From Antechinus flavipes (lineage: Eukaryota), in contig NC_067398.1 in the NCBI RefSeq assembly GCF_016432865.1, positions 681,318,685 through 681,382,000 of the forward strand: a stretch of 63,316 nt of DNA, read 5' to 3'. The first letter of the stretch is position 1, and each line of letters begins with the position of its first letter. Made by a program: the position numbers and the translations under genes. Positions 20,976-32,720 of the stretch are shown piece after piece. The notes beneath the pieces are model-generated. The model was given only the letters and a program-made list of their open reading frames with translations. It made no database searches and had not been told where the DNA came from.

Positions 20976-23861
20976 ATCAGCATTTTGGGTTTGTCGGGAA
21001 CACAGGAGGGGCTGTACTCCCCTCCCCCCTGCCGTCTCCTTCCTGGGCAGGAGCACATCCGCAGGGGGAGGAGAACTGATGCCCTCACGAAGGAGAAAGG
21101 GCTTTCTTCCAGAGGTTTGACTCCAGCCCGGATCTGGGCAGGCTTTTGCTTTTTTTCTTTAAGCCTCCATATTCAGAGTCTCTATCCGCACACACTGGGA
21201 CACGGCCATCTTGCTTCCTGAATTAGAGTGTAAGCTCCCCGAGGGCAGTCGGGGCCTCTGGCAGAGGGAATGCTCAGAGAGCAGCACACAGAAAGCACAT
21301 TATAAATGCTTGCTGTCCGGTGGCCTCCCTCCCATCCCAGCTCCCTACCCTCTCCCCACAAGGCCCTGCACTCCCTGGAGTGAGGGTCCGAGCCGGGGCT
21401 GGCTTTGCCCGCCTCCAAGCCCTGGGCAGGGGCCGGGTGCCACAGAGGAAGGTATTGGCGCTGACCTTTCCGCCCAGGCCACGACGCAGCTGCCAGGAGG
21501 GTGGGCTGGAGATGGCAGAGCTGGGGGCCAGTTCTTAGCCTATGACCGAGCGGCAGCTCGAGGGGCAGGGCCCTGGGCCCATGGTCAAAGGACAGCGGCC
21601 AACTGGCATCCAACCCAGCGAGGCCCAGGGGAAGGCCCGGCCCTGGGATCTCGGGTCACACACGCAGAGCCCCAGGCCCTGGAAGAGGCCCTGGGCCACT
21701 AGTCCAACCCCTGCCCTTTACAGACCCAGAAAGTAAACTGCTTGTCTATGATCACACAGGGGTAAAGTGGCAGGGCTGGGATTCACCACCATGAGTCCCT
21801 TCCTCCGCCTGCTGTTCTCGGTGGGAAGAAGGACCGGAAAGAGGGAAGGAGACGCTAAGTTCTGAGTCACAGCAGCTCTGATCACTGTGTGACGCTAGGC
21901 AAGTGTGTTTGTCTCTCTGGGCCCTTAGATTGTATAAGGGGATGCTTCCAAAGTCCATCTCAGCTCTAAATCCAATGATCCTCTCTCTTTACTGAGCCTT
22001 TTCATTGGGGTCAATGAGACCCTGCTTGACCTGCCAAAGCCTAGCCCAGAACACAGCTCGACACTACCTTAGAGGGACCAGCCAGGAGGTTTGTGTTAGG
22101 GGAGAAGGTAGAGATTTGGGGGGGCTGGTGAAAGGAATTTGCCAACATTACCCCAAAGTCCCTAGACGGAAAAAACCTGACACAAACCCAGCTATTAATC
22201 CCCAATAAATACAAGCCTCATCCTCCCTTCTTCTTATTCCAGGGTGAGTGTTAATTACTTAGCTTTAGCAATGGTCAGCCAGGGATTTCTCAAACAAAGA
22301 CATGAAAAATTCATGAGGAGGGAAAACCTTCCTTCTGGGACTCAATTTCCCAGTCCAATATTTCGGCTTTCTTGCCTGGGAAGGTGACAAAGCTCAGGGT
22401 CCAAGAAGCGCCAGGAGTGGATGGGAGGGTGGAAACAAGAGGAACACGACAGAATGGGAGTCACTAGATTCCTGGCTCCAAGAGTCCCTTTCCTGGGACT
22501 GTGGGGACTGCAAAGTGAAAGCCTCATTGAGGTGACTCTCTGTGATCAAGTCACAGGCTCTTGGGCTCCTCCAGAACCCCTCCTAGCCCCCACTGCGAGA
22601 GTGTGCTAAGGTACAGGCCATTGCCCTGACAGCAAAGAAAATCGCAGAATGTTTGGGCATCCAGGGTCGTAGCTGAAGAAGTCAAGAAGAACGTCTCTCT
22701 GAGGTCAGAGGGCAGGTTTCAAAGGAGACCCAACAGGAGTAAGGCACACTAGTGCCAGTGAAGTACATCATCAGTTCCTCTTGGGGGTGGTAAAAGGCTT
22801 GGGACCAAGTTCCAAGTCACTCTTTCTCTCCTCAATCCCTCTCCTACCTTGGGGCAGCAAGCAGTCTCTAGAAGCAGATGGACCTATTGTTCAATGGTAG
22901 TAGTGATTACAGCCTGGGATGCGGGGCCGGGATAGGCTGAGAGAATTATCTGAACTACAGGATCACAGGACCACTGACTTCAAAGGTACAAGGAACTTCA
23001 GAATCAACTAAGTCCCGTCCTCTCCATCTTACAGGCAAAGCGCTGAAGCTCAGCAGTGACCTTCCTGAAGCCAACAAGAAGTCAGGACTTGAACCAACTC
23101 CTTTGATTCTAAGTCCAGTGTTCCTTCCAAGAGATGTAGGCCATGGAAGGCTTACTCCAAGACAATGCTAGCACTTCTAGAATGCTTTAAGGTTTGCAAA
23201 ACATTTCTGATAAGCTATTTTATCTGATCCCACCATAACGTAGACAGGTCCAACGGATTGTACCACCAGCTCTTGTCCTGGGTAAAACCACAAGTTCAGC
23301 TGGTTTTTACACTTCCTGCCAATGACAGGAGTGTGTTGGGAGGCCTAGGACAAAGTGTGGGACATTTTGAGGGCAGAGCAATAAGGTTCAGAATTGGGAA
23401 TAAGACTAGCCCCAACTCCAACTTGGTTGAGATTTACTATTCAGACAGAAGAGCGGTTCTGTCATGTTGTCAGGCTAAAATCTCTTTCCTTTCTAATGTG
23501 TTTGAGAAGGTCCATAGATAGGCTCTGCTAGAAAGCAGGGTCACCTCCTAGCCTGAGAATATCTGCTAAGGAATGAAACTGAGTCTAGGTCTGAGAGAAT
23601 GGAAATGAGCCGACGGGGAGAGGGATGCCTCTTTGGGGACTCTGAAGCAGGCCCTCTGAGTTTCTTAGGCCCAGTCAACCAGGAGGGGCACACAGCAAGC
23701 CTCCAGGGCATAATCTGTTGAACCACTCATTCAGTGGGAGTAAGGGAATGGAAATAGCCTGGAATTTACAGTCTCTATAAGGGGCCATGGGGATCTACAG
23801 TTGAAGGTGAAGTTTGAAGCAAGAAGGCTCAAGTTTATAAGAAACAATGAGCAAAGTTAAG

Positions 23862-24003
23862 AGGCAGCTAGTTGGTATAGTGGGATAGAGCATCAGCCCT
23901 GAAGTCAGGAGTTCATATCTAGGTTCAGACACTTAACACTTTCTGGCTGTATGGCCCTGGGCAAGTCACTTAATCCCAATTTCCTCAGGGGGAAAAAAAA
24001 AAG
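23862..24003 (+). mobile_element. WSINE1-type CORE-SINE with poly-A
   Basis: ggcagctag..ggatagagc..gaagtcagga..cagacacttaacac..ctgggcaagtcacttaatcccaatt.cctc followed by an A tail. Confidence 0.8.
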
Positions 24004-24430
24004 ATGAGCAGGTGGATTTCAGAAAAACCTCAAAAGACTTATATGAACTGATGCTGAGTGAAGTGATGATCAACTAAGATACACTTAGTTTTTCTCTGCA
24101 ACATAATGATCTAAGAAAATTCCAAACGACTCATAATGGAAAATGCCATCCATATCCCAGAGAAAGAATGGAGTCTGAATGCAGACTGAAGCACATTATT
24201 TTCACTTCTTCTTTCTCATGGCTTTTCCTTTTTTGTTCAGATTCTTCTTTCACCACATGACTAAAATGTGGGAACTGTTTAATAAGATTGTATATGTATG
24301 ACTTATATTAGGCTTCTTGTTCCATTGGGGAGGGGAGAGTGAGGAAAAAAATTGGAATTTAAAATCTTATAAAACTGAATGTTGAAAACTATTGTTACAT
24401 GAAGTTGGAATAATTAAAATATTATTAAAC
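24004..24430 (+). mobile_element. L1 ORF2 end and 3'UTR
   Basis: gacttatatgaactgatgctgagtgaagtg..gaaaatgccatcc..ccagagaaaga..tgttgaaaactattgttacatg. Confidence 0.85.
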
Positions 24431-25034
24431 TGGGGCGGGGGGGGGGGGGGGGGGAGGAGAAGAAAGCTCAAGCTGGGAAACTTATAATTGGTGCAGAGGG
24501 TGGGGTCTGGAGTGCCTAGGAACGATCTAGAAGTAAAACATGCTTTGTTTGCCACACTAAAGCCAGGCTTAGCCCAAGGGATAATCAAAAGAGCTTCTGC
24601 CTCTCCTGTCCAACACTCTAGCAACTGTATCAAGCACAGACCAGAAGCCTCGAGCACAGAATTCTGCTCTGTCGAGGCGTGTTTGGGTACTGAGCCGAGG
24701 AACCAGGGGATGAGCCAGCCTGAGGCAGGACAGCACCAAAGCAAGGGGTCAGATGTCCATTTACATGGAAGGACAAAAGTCCTGAGAAAGAAATGGAAAT
24801 TAAAAATAATTGGCAGCAAACAGAGATCCCAAATTAGAGTGTGTTGAAATAAGCCTGAATAATTGAGAGTAATAGTCATTCAGAGATCTATGGCCAGATT
24901 AGGGTAGTGGGTCAGTCTTTCTTTCCTCCCTTTCTTACTTCTCCTGTTCTTTTCCTTCTTCCCTTTTCTTTCCTTTCTCCCTGCTCTTTTCCTTTATACC
25001 TCCCTTCTTTCCCTTTCTTCATTCTTCCTTTTAA

Positions 25035-26010
25035 AAATCTTATTTAATATTTTATTTACCCTCAATTACATGTAAAACCAATTTTAAATTTTTTCTTCAA
25101 ATTTTGAGTTCCAAATTCTCTCCTACTCCCACTGAGAATACAAGTAATTTGACATAGGTTATACATGTGTACTCATGAAAAACAAATGTCCATGTAAGTC
25201 ATTCTGTGAAAGAAAAAAATAAACCAAAAAAAAAAAAAAACCCAAACCCTAAAAAAAATAAAGAAAAAGTATCTTTGATCTGTATTTGGGCTCTACCAGT
25301 GTTTTCTCTGGAGATGAACAGCATCTTTCATTCTAAATTCTACAGCATTGTCTTGGATCACTGTATGGCAGAGAATAGCTAAGTTATTCATAGTAGATCA
25401 TCATACAATATTGCTATAATGGTGAACAATGTTCTCCCAGTTCTGCTCATTTCCATGTTTTTCCGAGAGCATCCTGCTCATCCTTTTTTAAAACACAATA
25501 GTATTCCATCATAATCATATACAACTTATTCAGCCATTCCCCAATTGATGGGCATCTCCTCAATTTCTAATTTTTTGTCACCACTAAATGAATTACCATG
25601 AATATTTTCACACAGCTAGGTCCTTATCCTTTTTTTTTTTTTTTAATCTCTTGAAGATACAGACTTAGAAGTGGTATTGCTTGGTCAAAGGGTATGACAT
25701 AGTTTTATCGTCCTCTGAACACATTTCCAAATTGCTCTCTAGAATGGATGAATCAGTACACAACTTCACCAATAATATATTAGCATTTAATTTTTCCCAC
25801 ATACCCTCTGATATTTGTCATTTCCCTTTTCTGTCATATTAGCCAACCTGACAGGTGTGAGAAAGTAGCTTAAGAGTTTTTTTTAACTTGCATTTCTCTC
25901 ATCAAGTGATTTTGAGTATTTTTTTCCCACATGACTATAGATAGCTTTGATTACATTGTCTGAAACCTGCCAGTTCATTCATATCCTTTAATGATTTATC
26001 AATTGTGGAG
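25035..26010 (-). mobile_element. L1 3' region (ORF2 C-terminus plus 3'UTR)
   Basis: ttcagccattccccaattgatgggcatctcctcaatt..gggtatgacatagttt..ccaaattgctctctagaatgg is reversed L1 ORF2. Confidence 0.85.
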
Positions 26011-26099
26011 TGACTTTTATTTTCATAAGTTTAAATCAGTTTTCTATGTGTTTAAGAAACTAAGTCTTTATCAAAGAAAATCACTGTAAAATTTTTTTC

Positions 26100-27900
26100 A
26101 TTGTAATAATCATCAAATTATGTATTTCCTTCTATTCTATGTCTCCTGTTTATTCTATCTTCTCTCTTTTCTTTTACCCTGTTCATTTTCAAAAATGTTT
26201 TGCTGCTTTTACCTTCCACAAACTGCCCTCCCTTCTATTAGCTTCTCCCACCCTCTTTTTTATCCCCTTTTCTTCTTACTTTTCTACTCAACTGAGTGTG
26301 TATATTATTCTCTCTTTGAGCCAATTCTGATGGAGTAAGATTCATGTGCTCCCCTCTTCACTTCCCTCGTTTCCCCCTCCAGTGTAAAATCTCTTCCAGG
26401 CCACTTTTATGTCAAATAAATGATCCCATTCTACCCCTCCCTTTCCCCCTTTTCCAATGCATTCCTTTTTCTTATCTCTTAATTCAATTTTTAAGATAAT
26501 CACACAGAACAAATCCAGCCATTCTGGAGAGCAATCTGGAATTATGCCCAAAAAGTTATCAAACTGTGCATACCCTTTGATCCAGCAGTGTTTTACTGGG
26601 CTTAGACCCCAAAGAGATACTAAAGAAGGGAAAGGGACCTGTATGTGCCAAAATGTTTGTGGCAGCCCTGTTTGTAGTGGCTAGAAGCTGGAAATTGAAT
26701 GGATGCCCATCAATTGGAGAATGGCTGGGTAAATTGTGGTATATGAATATTATGGAATATTATTGTTCTGTAAGAAATGACCAGCAGGATGAATACAGAG
26801 AGGACTGGCGAGACTTACATGAACTGATGCTGAGTGAAATGAGCAGATCTAACTCAGTTTCAATTGATCAAAGATGGACAGAAGCAGCTACACCCAAAGA
26901 AAGAACACTGGGAAATGAATATAAACTGCTTGCATTTTTGTTTTTCTTCCCGGGTTATTTCTACCTTCTGAATCCAATTCTCCCTGTGCAACAAGAGAAC
27001 TGTTCAGTTCTGCACACACATATTGGATCTAGATTATACTGCAACATATTTAACATGTATAGGACTGCTTGCCATCTGGGGGAGGGGAAAAATCGGAACA
27101 GAAGTGAGTGCAAGGGATAATGCTGTAAAAAATTACCCTGGCATGGGTTCTGTCGATAAAAAGTTATTTAAAAATAAAAAAAGAAAAGATAATCACACCA
27201 TCACATTCAACTCACACCTCTGCTTTCTGTCTATGTATACTCCTTCTCACTGCCCCAATAGAAAATTTTTAGGAGTTACAAATGTCATTTTCCCATGTGG
27301 GAATATAAACAGTTTAACTTTATTGAATTCCTTGCAATTTCTCTTTCCTGTTTCTCTTTCATCTTGTATTTGTGAGTCAAATTTTCTATTCCGCTCAGGT
27401 CTTTTTATCAGAAAGGCTCAAAAGTCCTCTAATTCATTGAATGTCCACTTCTCCTGGTTAAAGATGATACTTAGTTTCGCTGGGTGGATGTTCCTGGTTA
27501 TAATCCTAGTTCTCCTGCCCCCTGTAATATCCACGGTTTAGGGTTTTTCGTGCAGTTGTTTCCCCAGAAAGTTTCTGGCTTTTCTGTGCTTGCCACAAGG
27601 CCCCGGAGGCCATCTCGCCAGAGAAGAATGGTCCCCCCAGCCTTTATACGAACAGGAGAAGAGCGAGCACAGAAAAGCCTCTCCTGTTCGCTGCTCTGGC
27701 TTGCGAGCGACCTCCGACCTGTAGCCGGCGCCTTCCTCCTTGTGAACATGAGCTCCGCTTTGCTAACGCTCCCTCTGGCCCTGGGACCGAGCCCCCGGCC
27801 TGAGCTGCAGCTACGAGCTCGGGCAGCGCAGAGTGTCCTGCTGCCAGCAAAGGAAGCCGATCACTCCCCTTCTGACTTGTCTGACCCCCCACCCCGCGAG
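26100..27900 (-). mobile_element. Older L1 (inter-ORF and 5' region fragments) interrupted by a younger L1
   Basis: Reversed marsupial L1 inter-ORF sequence (aaagtcctctaattcattgaatgtcc..gatacttagtttcgctgggt..taatcctag) lies on both sides of the insertion. 27700-27900 resembles a reversed L1 5'UTR (tgccagcaaagg..ccttctga..tgtctgacccc). Confidence 0.6.
26506..27185 (+). mobile_element. Young 5'-truncated dasyurid-type L1 with a 13-bp TSD
   Basis: Encodes the ORF2 C-terminus (MFVAALFVVARSWK..CPSIGEWL.KLWYMNIMEYYCSVRND), then 3'UTR and an A-rich tail. TSD AAGATAATCACAC at 26493-26505 and 27186-27198, with a TT|AAGA cut site. Confidence 0.92.
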
Positions 27901-28619
27901 CCGAGAGAGCTGGGAACTGGGCTGCCGCGGGGAGGTCCCCGGGGGCCCTTCCTGCCCACGGGCTAGGCTGTCCTGGGCCATAACCGTGTCCTCCTGGTGC
28001 CTCTGCCACCCTCGAGCAGGGAGTACCATTTAGGGGCATCTGGGTCTTGGCTCCCCGTCCCTGCTTTCCTTCCTTCCTCCTTCCCTTCCACCATTTATTA
28101 AGCACCAACCAACCAACACTTATTCAGCCCCTGCTATGTGCCAGGCCCTGTGCCCAAAAGCTGGGGGGAGGGAGTACAAGGAAAACAGCAGAGCCAGCCC
28201 CCACTCCGGGGTTCGGGACTTAGGACTAGAATGACAGTCACGTAGTTCTTGAAAATGGAGGAGGAAGGCCCGGTGGAGGTGCGAGCCCCGCAGCAGGCAG
28301 GGCCTGCGCCCAGGTGAGCCTCCTCCTGCCCTGGGAGCCGGAGCAGAGGTCCCGAGCACGCCTGGGTGGAACCGTGCGTGGGGGTGTGGTGTGCAAGGGG
28401 TGGCCCCACGCCCCCTGACTTAGCCCCCCCCTCCCCAGACTCCCGCTGGCGACATCATTCTGGGCTCTCGGGCAGCGGCTCAGGGTTTTACAAATTTCGC
28501 TCAGCCGGCCTGACCTTTGCGAGAAATCCGGGGGGTGGGGAGTGGGAGGCTGGGGAAGCGCGCCAGCGCCCTCCTTCTTGGGGAGAATCACGAGTCCTCT
28601 CTCCCAACTGCACTCTTGA

Positions 28620-28950
28620 GCGTGAATCAATTTTCCTTCAGTCGATAACTAGCGCAAAGGTTCTAACCTTCATTTGTGCTCCAAATACTCAATCGGGGAT
28701 GGAGAGCACACACCAATTAAGCAATTCAGCTAAAATAAGGAGCCGGGAGCAGGCATCTCCTCCGCCGCCGGCCCCCGGGGACCCAGGGTTACTAGCTTGG
28801 GGAAAAGGTAATTTATGGAGCTTAATACCGGGCGAAATGTTCTCATGATAATAAGATTGTAAGATCGTTTTTATATCTGGAGTCATGTTGAAAAGGTCAT
28901 TTCTCATCCTTTTACGCCCACCTAAGTCATATAAATTAGTGCTACTCAAA
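28620..28950. promoter_or_regulatory. Candidate conserved non-coding element
   Basis: CAATTAAG, TAATTTATGG and ATAAATTAG in an AT-rich non-TE island. Confidence 0.45.
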
Positions 28951-30524
28951 CAGAGCCGAGCATGTTTTCAGCCCGAGTGTTCTCCCTCCTCCCCCTCCTC
29001 CTCCTCTGCTCTTCCAGGGGCTTGAGGGGGGGCAGACTCTGGGAGGAGGGCTGAGGGGCCCGGGGGGCAGGACTGCGTGGGCTCCCCAGGGTAACCAAAA
29101 ATGGGGCCAGACCTGGGAGTTCACTGGCTGGGGAGTCTCTCAGTCAGCTACAGTTTAAGCGACATGGCCAGGGTCCTACAGGCAGGATCTGAACTTGGGG
29201 CCTTCTGGCTTTCAGCTGCCTGTCATGTTGCCCCATGACCCTTATCCCGGCACCAGGGAGGGAACTCCCACAGACCCCCCCTCGGGATTGGGCCCCTTCT
29301 CCCAGGACCCCCAGGGGCTGCCTCCCCACCCTCCGGGCAGGCACTGCCCATGCCAGCCGGCCGGCGCCAGCACAAGTGAATGGGCACTGCGGGAGCGCGG
29401 ACTCAGCGAGTCCCCGGCCACCGCCTGGAGGGGTCAGGAGGAAGCGAGGCCGGCAGCCCCTGCTCCAACCCGAGCCCAGCTCAGAAGGCGGGCAGCCCCA
29501 CTCCTCCTGATCCCCGGGAGGCAGTCAGTGACAGCCGGGCCACCCAATGCCGCTGCCCCTGAGGCCACGCTGAGGCCGGGTGAGGGGCCTGCCTTCGTCT
29601 GCGCTCTGAGAACGCCCGGGCCTGCGATGTTCTCTTTGGCTAGTCCGTATCACTGTTGTCTATTCCACGCTATGTGTGACTGATCATCTCATCTCTATTA
29701 TTCCCGTGGCTGTTCGGTTTTCAGCCATGTCCAGTTCACCATGACCCTTTGGGGTGTCCCTGGAGATGATACTGGGGGGACTGCCCTGCTCTTTCACAGA
29801 CGGACAAACTGAGGTGGGGGCAAGGTCCCCCGGCTGGCGAATCTGAGGCTGAATTCGCACTCGGGTTCTCCTGATTCTAAGCCCTGCAGGCCGAACACTG
29901 AGCACCAGCTGCCCCCACTCCCTTCATTATCCCCTATGAGTGGGAGCTGTTCCGGGGCCAGACCCCTCCCCCCTTTCGGCACGGCCCTGGCAGCCCCTCA
30001 CCCTCGCCGGGCCCCGAGTTCCCCACAAGGCCGGGGGCCAGCGGCCATCCCCGAGCACTCTGGCTGCTGCTGCTCTGTCCCTTCCTCAGCCGTGACTCGC
30101 CCCCGCCCGCCACTGCACGTTCTCCCGGGAGCTCTCAGGGAAGGGGCTGTCAGTATTCTCGCTGCCCTCCCCCAGCACGGAGCGGGTAACTGGACAGAAC
30201 GGGGGGCGTGGCCCCCAGAAGCAGGAGCCAGCAGGGGTCGCAGAGACACAGAGTTGGATCCTTAACGAGAGCCAGCATGATGCAGAGACTCGGACGTGGG
30301 CTTCGGCCACTCGGAAAGGGCGAGCCTCGGAGCAAAGGCAGGCAGGAGGTCCGAGGACTGGGAGTAAGAGCGGCTCTGGGCCTTTTCCTGCCCGAGGCAG
30401 GGGCCAAATGCACAGATGTGAATCTTTGTTTTCTCTCTCCAAATGCTCCAAGTGATGGGCTGAGGATGTGGGTCCCCACTGTCAGGGGACCATCTTCGGT
30501 TTCTTTCCTGGATCACAGAACTGA

Positions 30525-30680
30525 TTTTCTTTTCTTTCTTTTTTCCCCGAGGCAACAGAGGTTAAGTGACTTGCCCAGAGTCACACAGCCAGGAAGTGTT
30601 AAGTGTCAGAGGCTGGATTTGAACTCAGGTCCTCCTGACTCCAGGGCTAGTGCTCTGTCCCTTGCACCACCCAGCCGCCC
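30525..30680 (-). mobile_element. WSINE1-type CORE-SINE
   Basis: T tail, then gaggcaa..ggttaagtgacttgcccagagtcacacagc..gatttgaactcaggtcctcctgactccaggg..ccagccgccc. Confidence 0.85.
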
Positions 30681-32099
30681 ACCAAAACTGGTTAAAAGAC
30701 CCCCACGGCAGACTTTCACACTAACGTGCATCCCGCTGCATTTTACTTTCTTTTGCAGAGGAGAGCCCCCAGCAGCCTGCCGAGCTCCGGCAGGGCCTCA
30801 GTTAACACCTGCTGCTTCTGGCAGTGCATCGTCTCCCATTTTACGATTCTGGGTTTAACTGCTGAAGAATTTCCCATTCTGGGATTAGTTTGTGAGTCTG
30901 CAGAGAAGGGCCAGAGTTCCCCAGGACCGTCCTTTAGCCTTCCTCAGAGCTCCCTGTCCCTGGGATTCAGTTAGAAGGTCCCTGCTTCCAGAAGCCCTAA
31001 TGGCCCCACACCTAACCCCTGATGCTGATTATCTGGTAAATCCTGGGCCAAACCCTGTATTTCCTGGGTCTTGTTTCTTCAGCTGTTGAACAAAATGGCT
31101 TCCGAGGTCCCTTTCACTCAGCACATAGACAGAATCACATAAATGGGGTCTGGGGTCCCCGAGACTTTTAGGAGGTCCTTGAGATCAGAAGCACTTTCAT
31201 AACAACAATACGACATTTCAGTTTCTGATAGGGTAAAGACCAATAAGCACGTGCTCTTTGGGGAGGACTCGCTCATTTTAAGAGCGTAGCGAGGCCCCGA
31301 GAACAACATTTGCTATAATCCACCCAGTGCGGTGTGGGAGCCCAGGAGCCGGTGCTGGAGACCCCCGGGTCCCTCCGACCGGCACCGAGACGCTGGGAGA
31401 CCCCGGCTGCTTCTCGGGCCCCTCCGGGCCCTGCAATCCCTTCCTGGCGGACGCCCTTTGGAGTCAATGATTCTCTTCTACAAAGTTCAGCGCGGTCCGT
31501 TCCAGGGGCTCCTCGGCGTCCTGTCTGGCCCCGGCGGCTGCTCCCAGGGGGCTCCTCTGTCCCCGTCACGCTCCAGGCTCTCAAAGACATCTCGGTCCCC
31601 GGGACGCCTCCTGTAACTGCCAGTTAACACGCCGCAGGGAGCCGTTTCGAGCCTGCTCTTTCTGATCCTGGGCACGCTCTGCGCCGGGTAGCCAATAATA
31701 CTCACAAGGCTTCCTGTGGGTCACTGACTTTCAAAATCCCACCCGTCAGCTTTTCCTCACGCGCCCCCTCTCCGACACGGGCGGGGGAGCAAGGGGAGGG
31801 ATTCTGGCTCCCGGGTCAATGGCGGGGGCCCGGCCCCACCTCTTTCTTCCAGAATCCCAGGTCTAGAGCTGATCCAACCCTTTACCTGACATGAGACCCA
31901 GGCAGCTTCCCTGAGCGGCCCCAGTCAGACCGGCAGGGAGAGTAACGGAGGGAGGAAACAGAGGGGCTTTGAGCTCGGTCCCACGATTTCCTCTTGGTGA
32001 TTTTCCCACTGTGCATGGATAGACAAATGGATGGATGGACAGAGAATCATTGAGGGCCGTTCCACGGTAGGCGCTGCGCTACCTGCCTCACAACAGTCC

Positions 32100-32230
32100 C
32101 GGGAGGGAGGTGCAATTATGCCCCTCATTTTTACAAATGGGGAAACCGAGGCAGAGGCCGGCTGACTTGTGTCCGGCAGGAATAAGCCTCTGAGCTCATC
32201 CCTGACCTCAGGTCCTCCGAGGGCCCTTTT
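32100..32230 (-). mobile_element. MIR fragment
   Basis: attatgcccctcatttttacaaatggggaaaccgaggca. Confidence 0.6.
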
Positions 32231-32469
32231 CCCTGGGCCACCATTAGATGGGATCAAAAGATCACTGCGGGGCCGGGTGTGGAAGACCATCTAGTCTAAC
32301 CCCCGCTTCTCACAGGGCTTGTAGCAGATGTCTTCCAAGGAGCCGGTCCTTTCTCTGACAGACAAGGACCAGGAAACCCCAAGGACGCTGCTCCCTTCTC
32401 TGGGACCCTCCTGGCCCCTGCCCTCATCCTCCCTTCTGCCCACCCCAAACCTGACCCAGTGGCCCAAGA

Positions 32470-32584
32470 CAGGACAGGAATCATAATCAAAGGCTGATTA
32501 ATTATGCACAATTGCTAGGACAGCATATCATGAAAATTCCATTCTTGTTTACTCAGCTAATTCACTTTTTATGAGTGTTTAGGC

Positions 32585-32633
<49 letters not shown>

Positions 32634-32720
32634 ACTGCCGCCTAATAGCCTGTACAGTGGCTGCCTTTATGAGTCTGATGGTGAGTTAGAGACCCATTAA
32701 ACAAATTTATACACAGCTGT
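32470..32720. promoter_or_regulatory. Candidate conserved non-coding element
   Basis: Very dense homeodomain sites: TGATTAATTA, CTAATTA, CAATTAA twice, CCATTAA. Confidence 0.55.

Noticed and set aside
23862-23930. tRNA-like sequences here and at other SINE heads
   Set aside because: These are degenerate CORE-SINE 5' ends with no intact cloverleaf.
26653-27120. 155-aa ORF as a host gene
   Set aside because: It is the L1 ORF2 C-terminus reading on into the 3'UTR.
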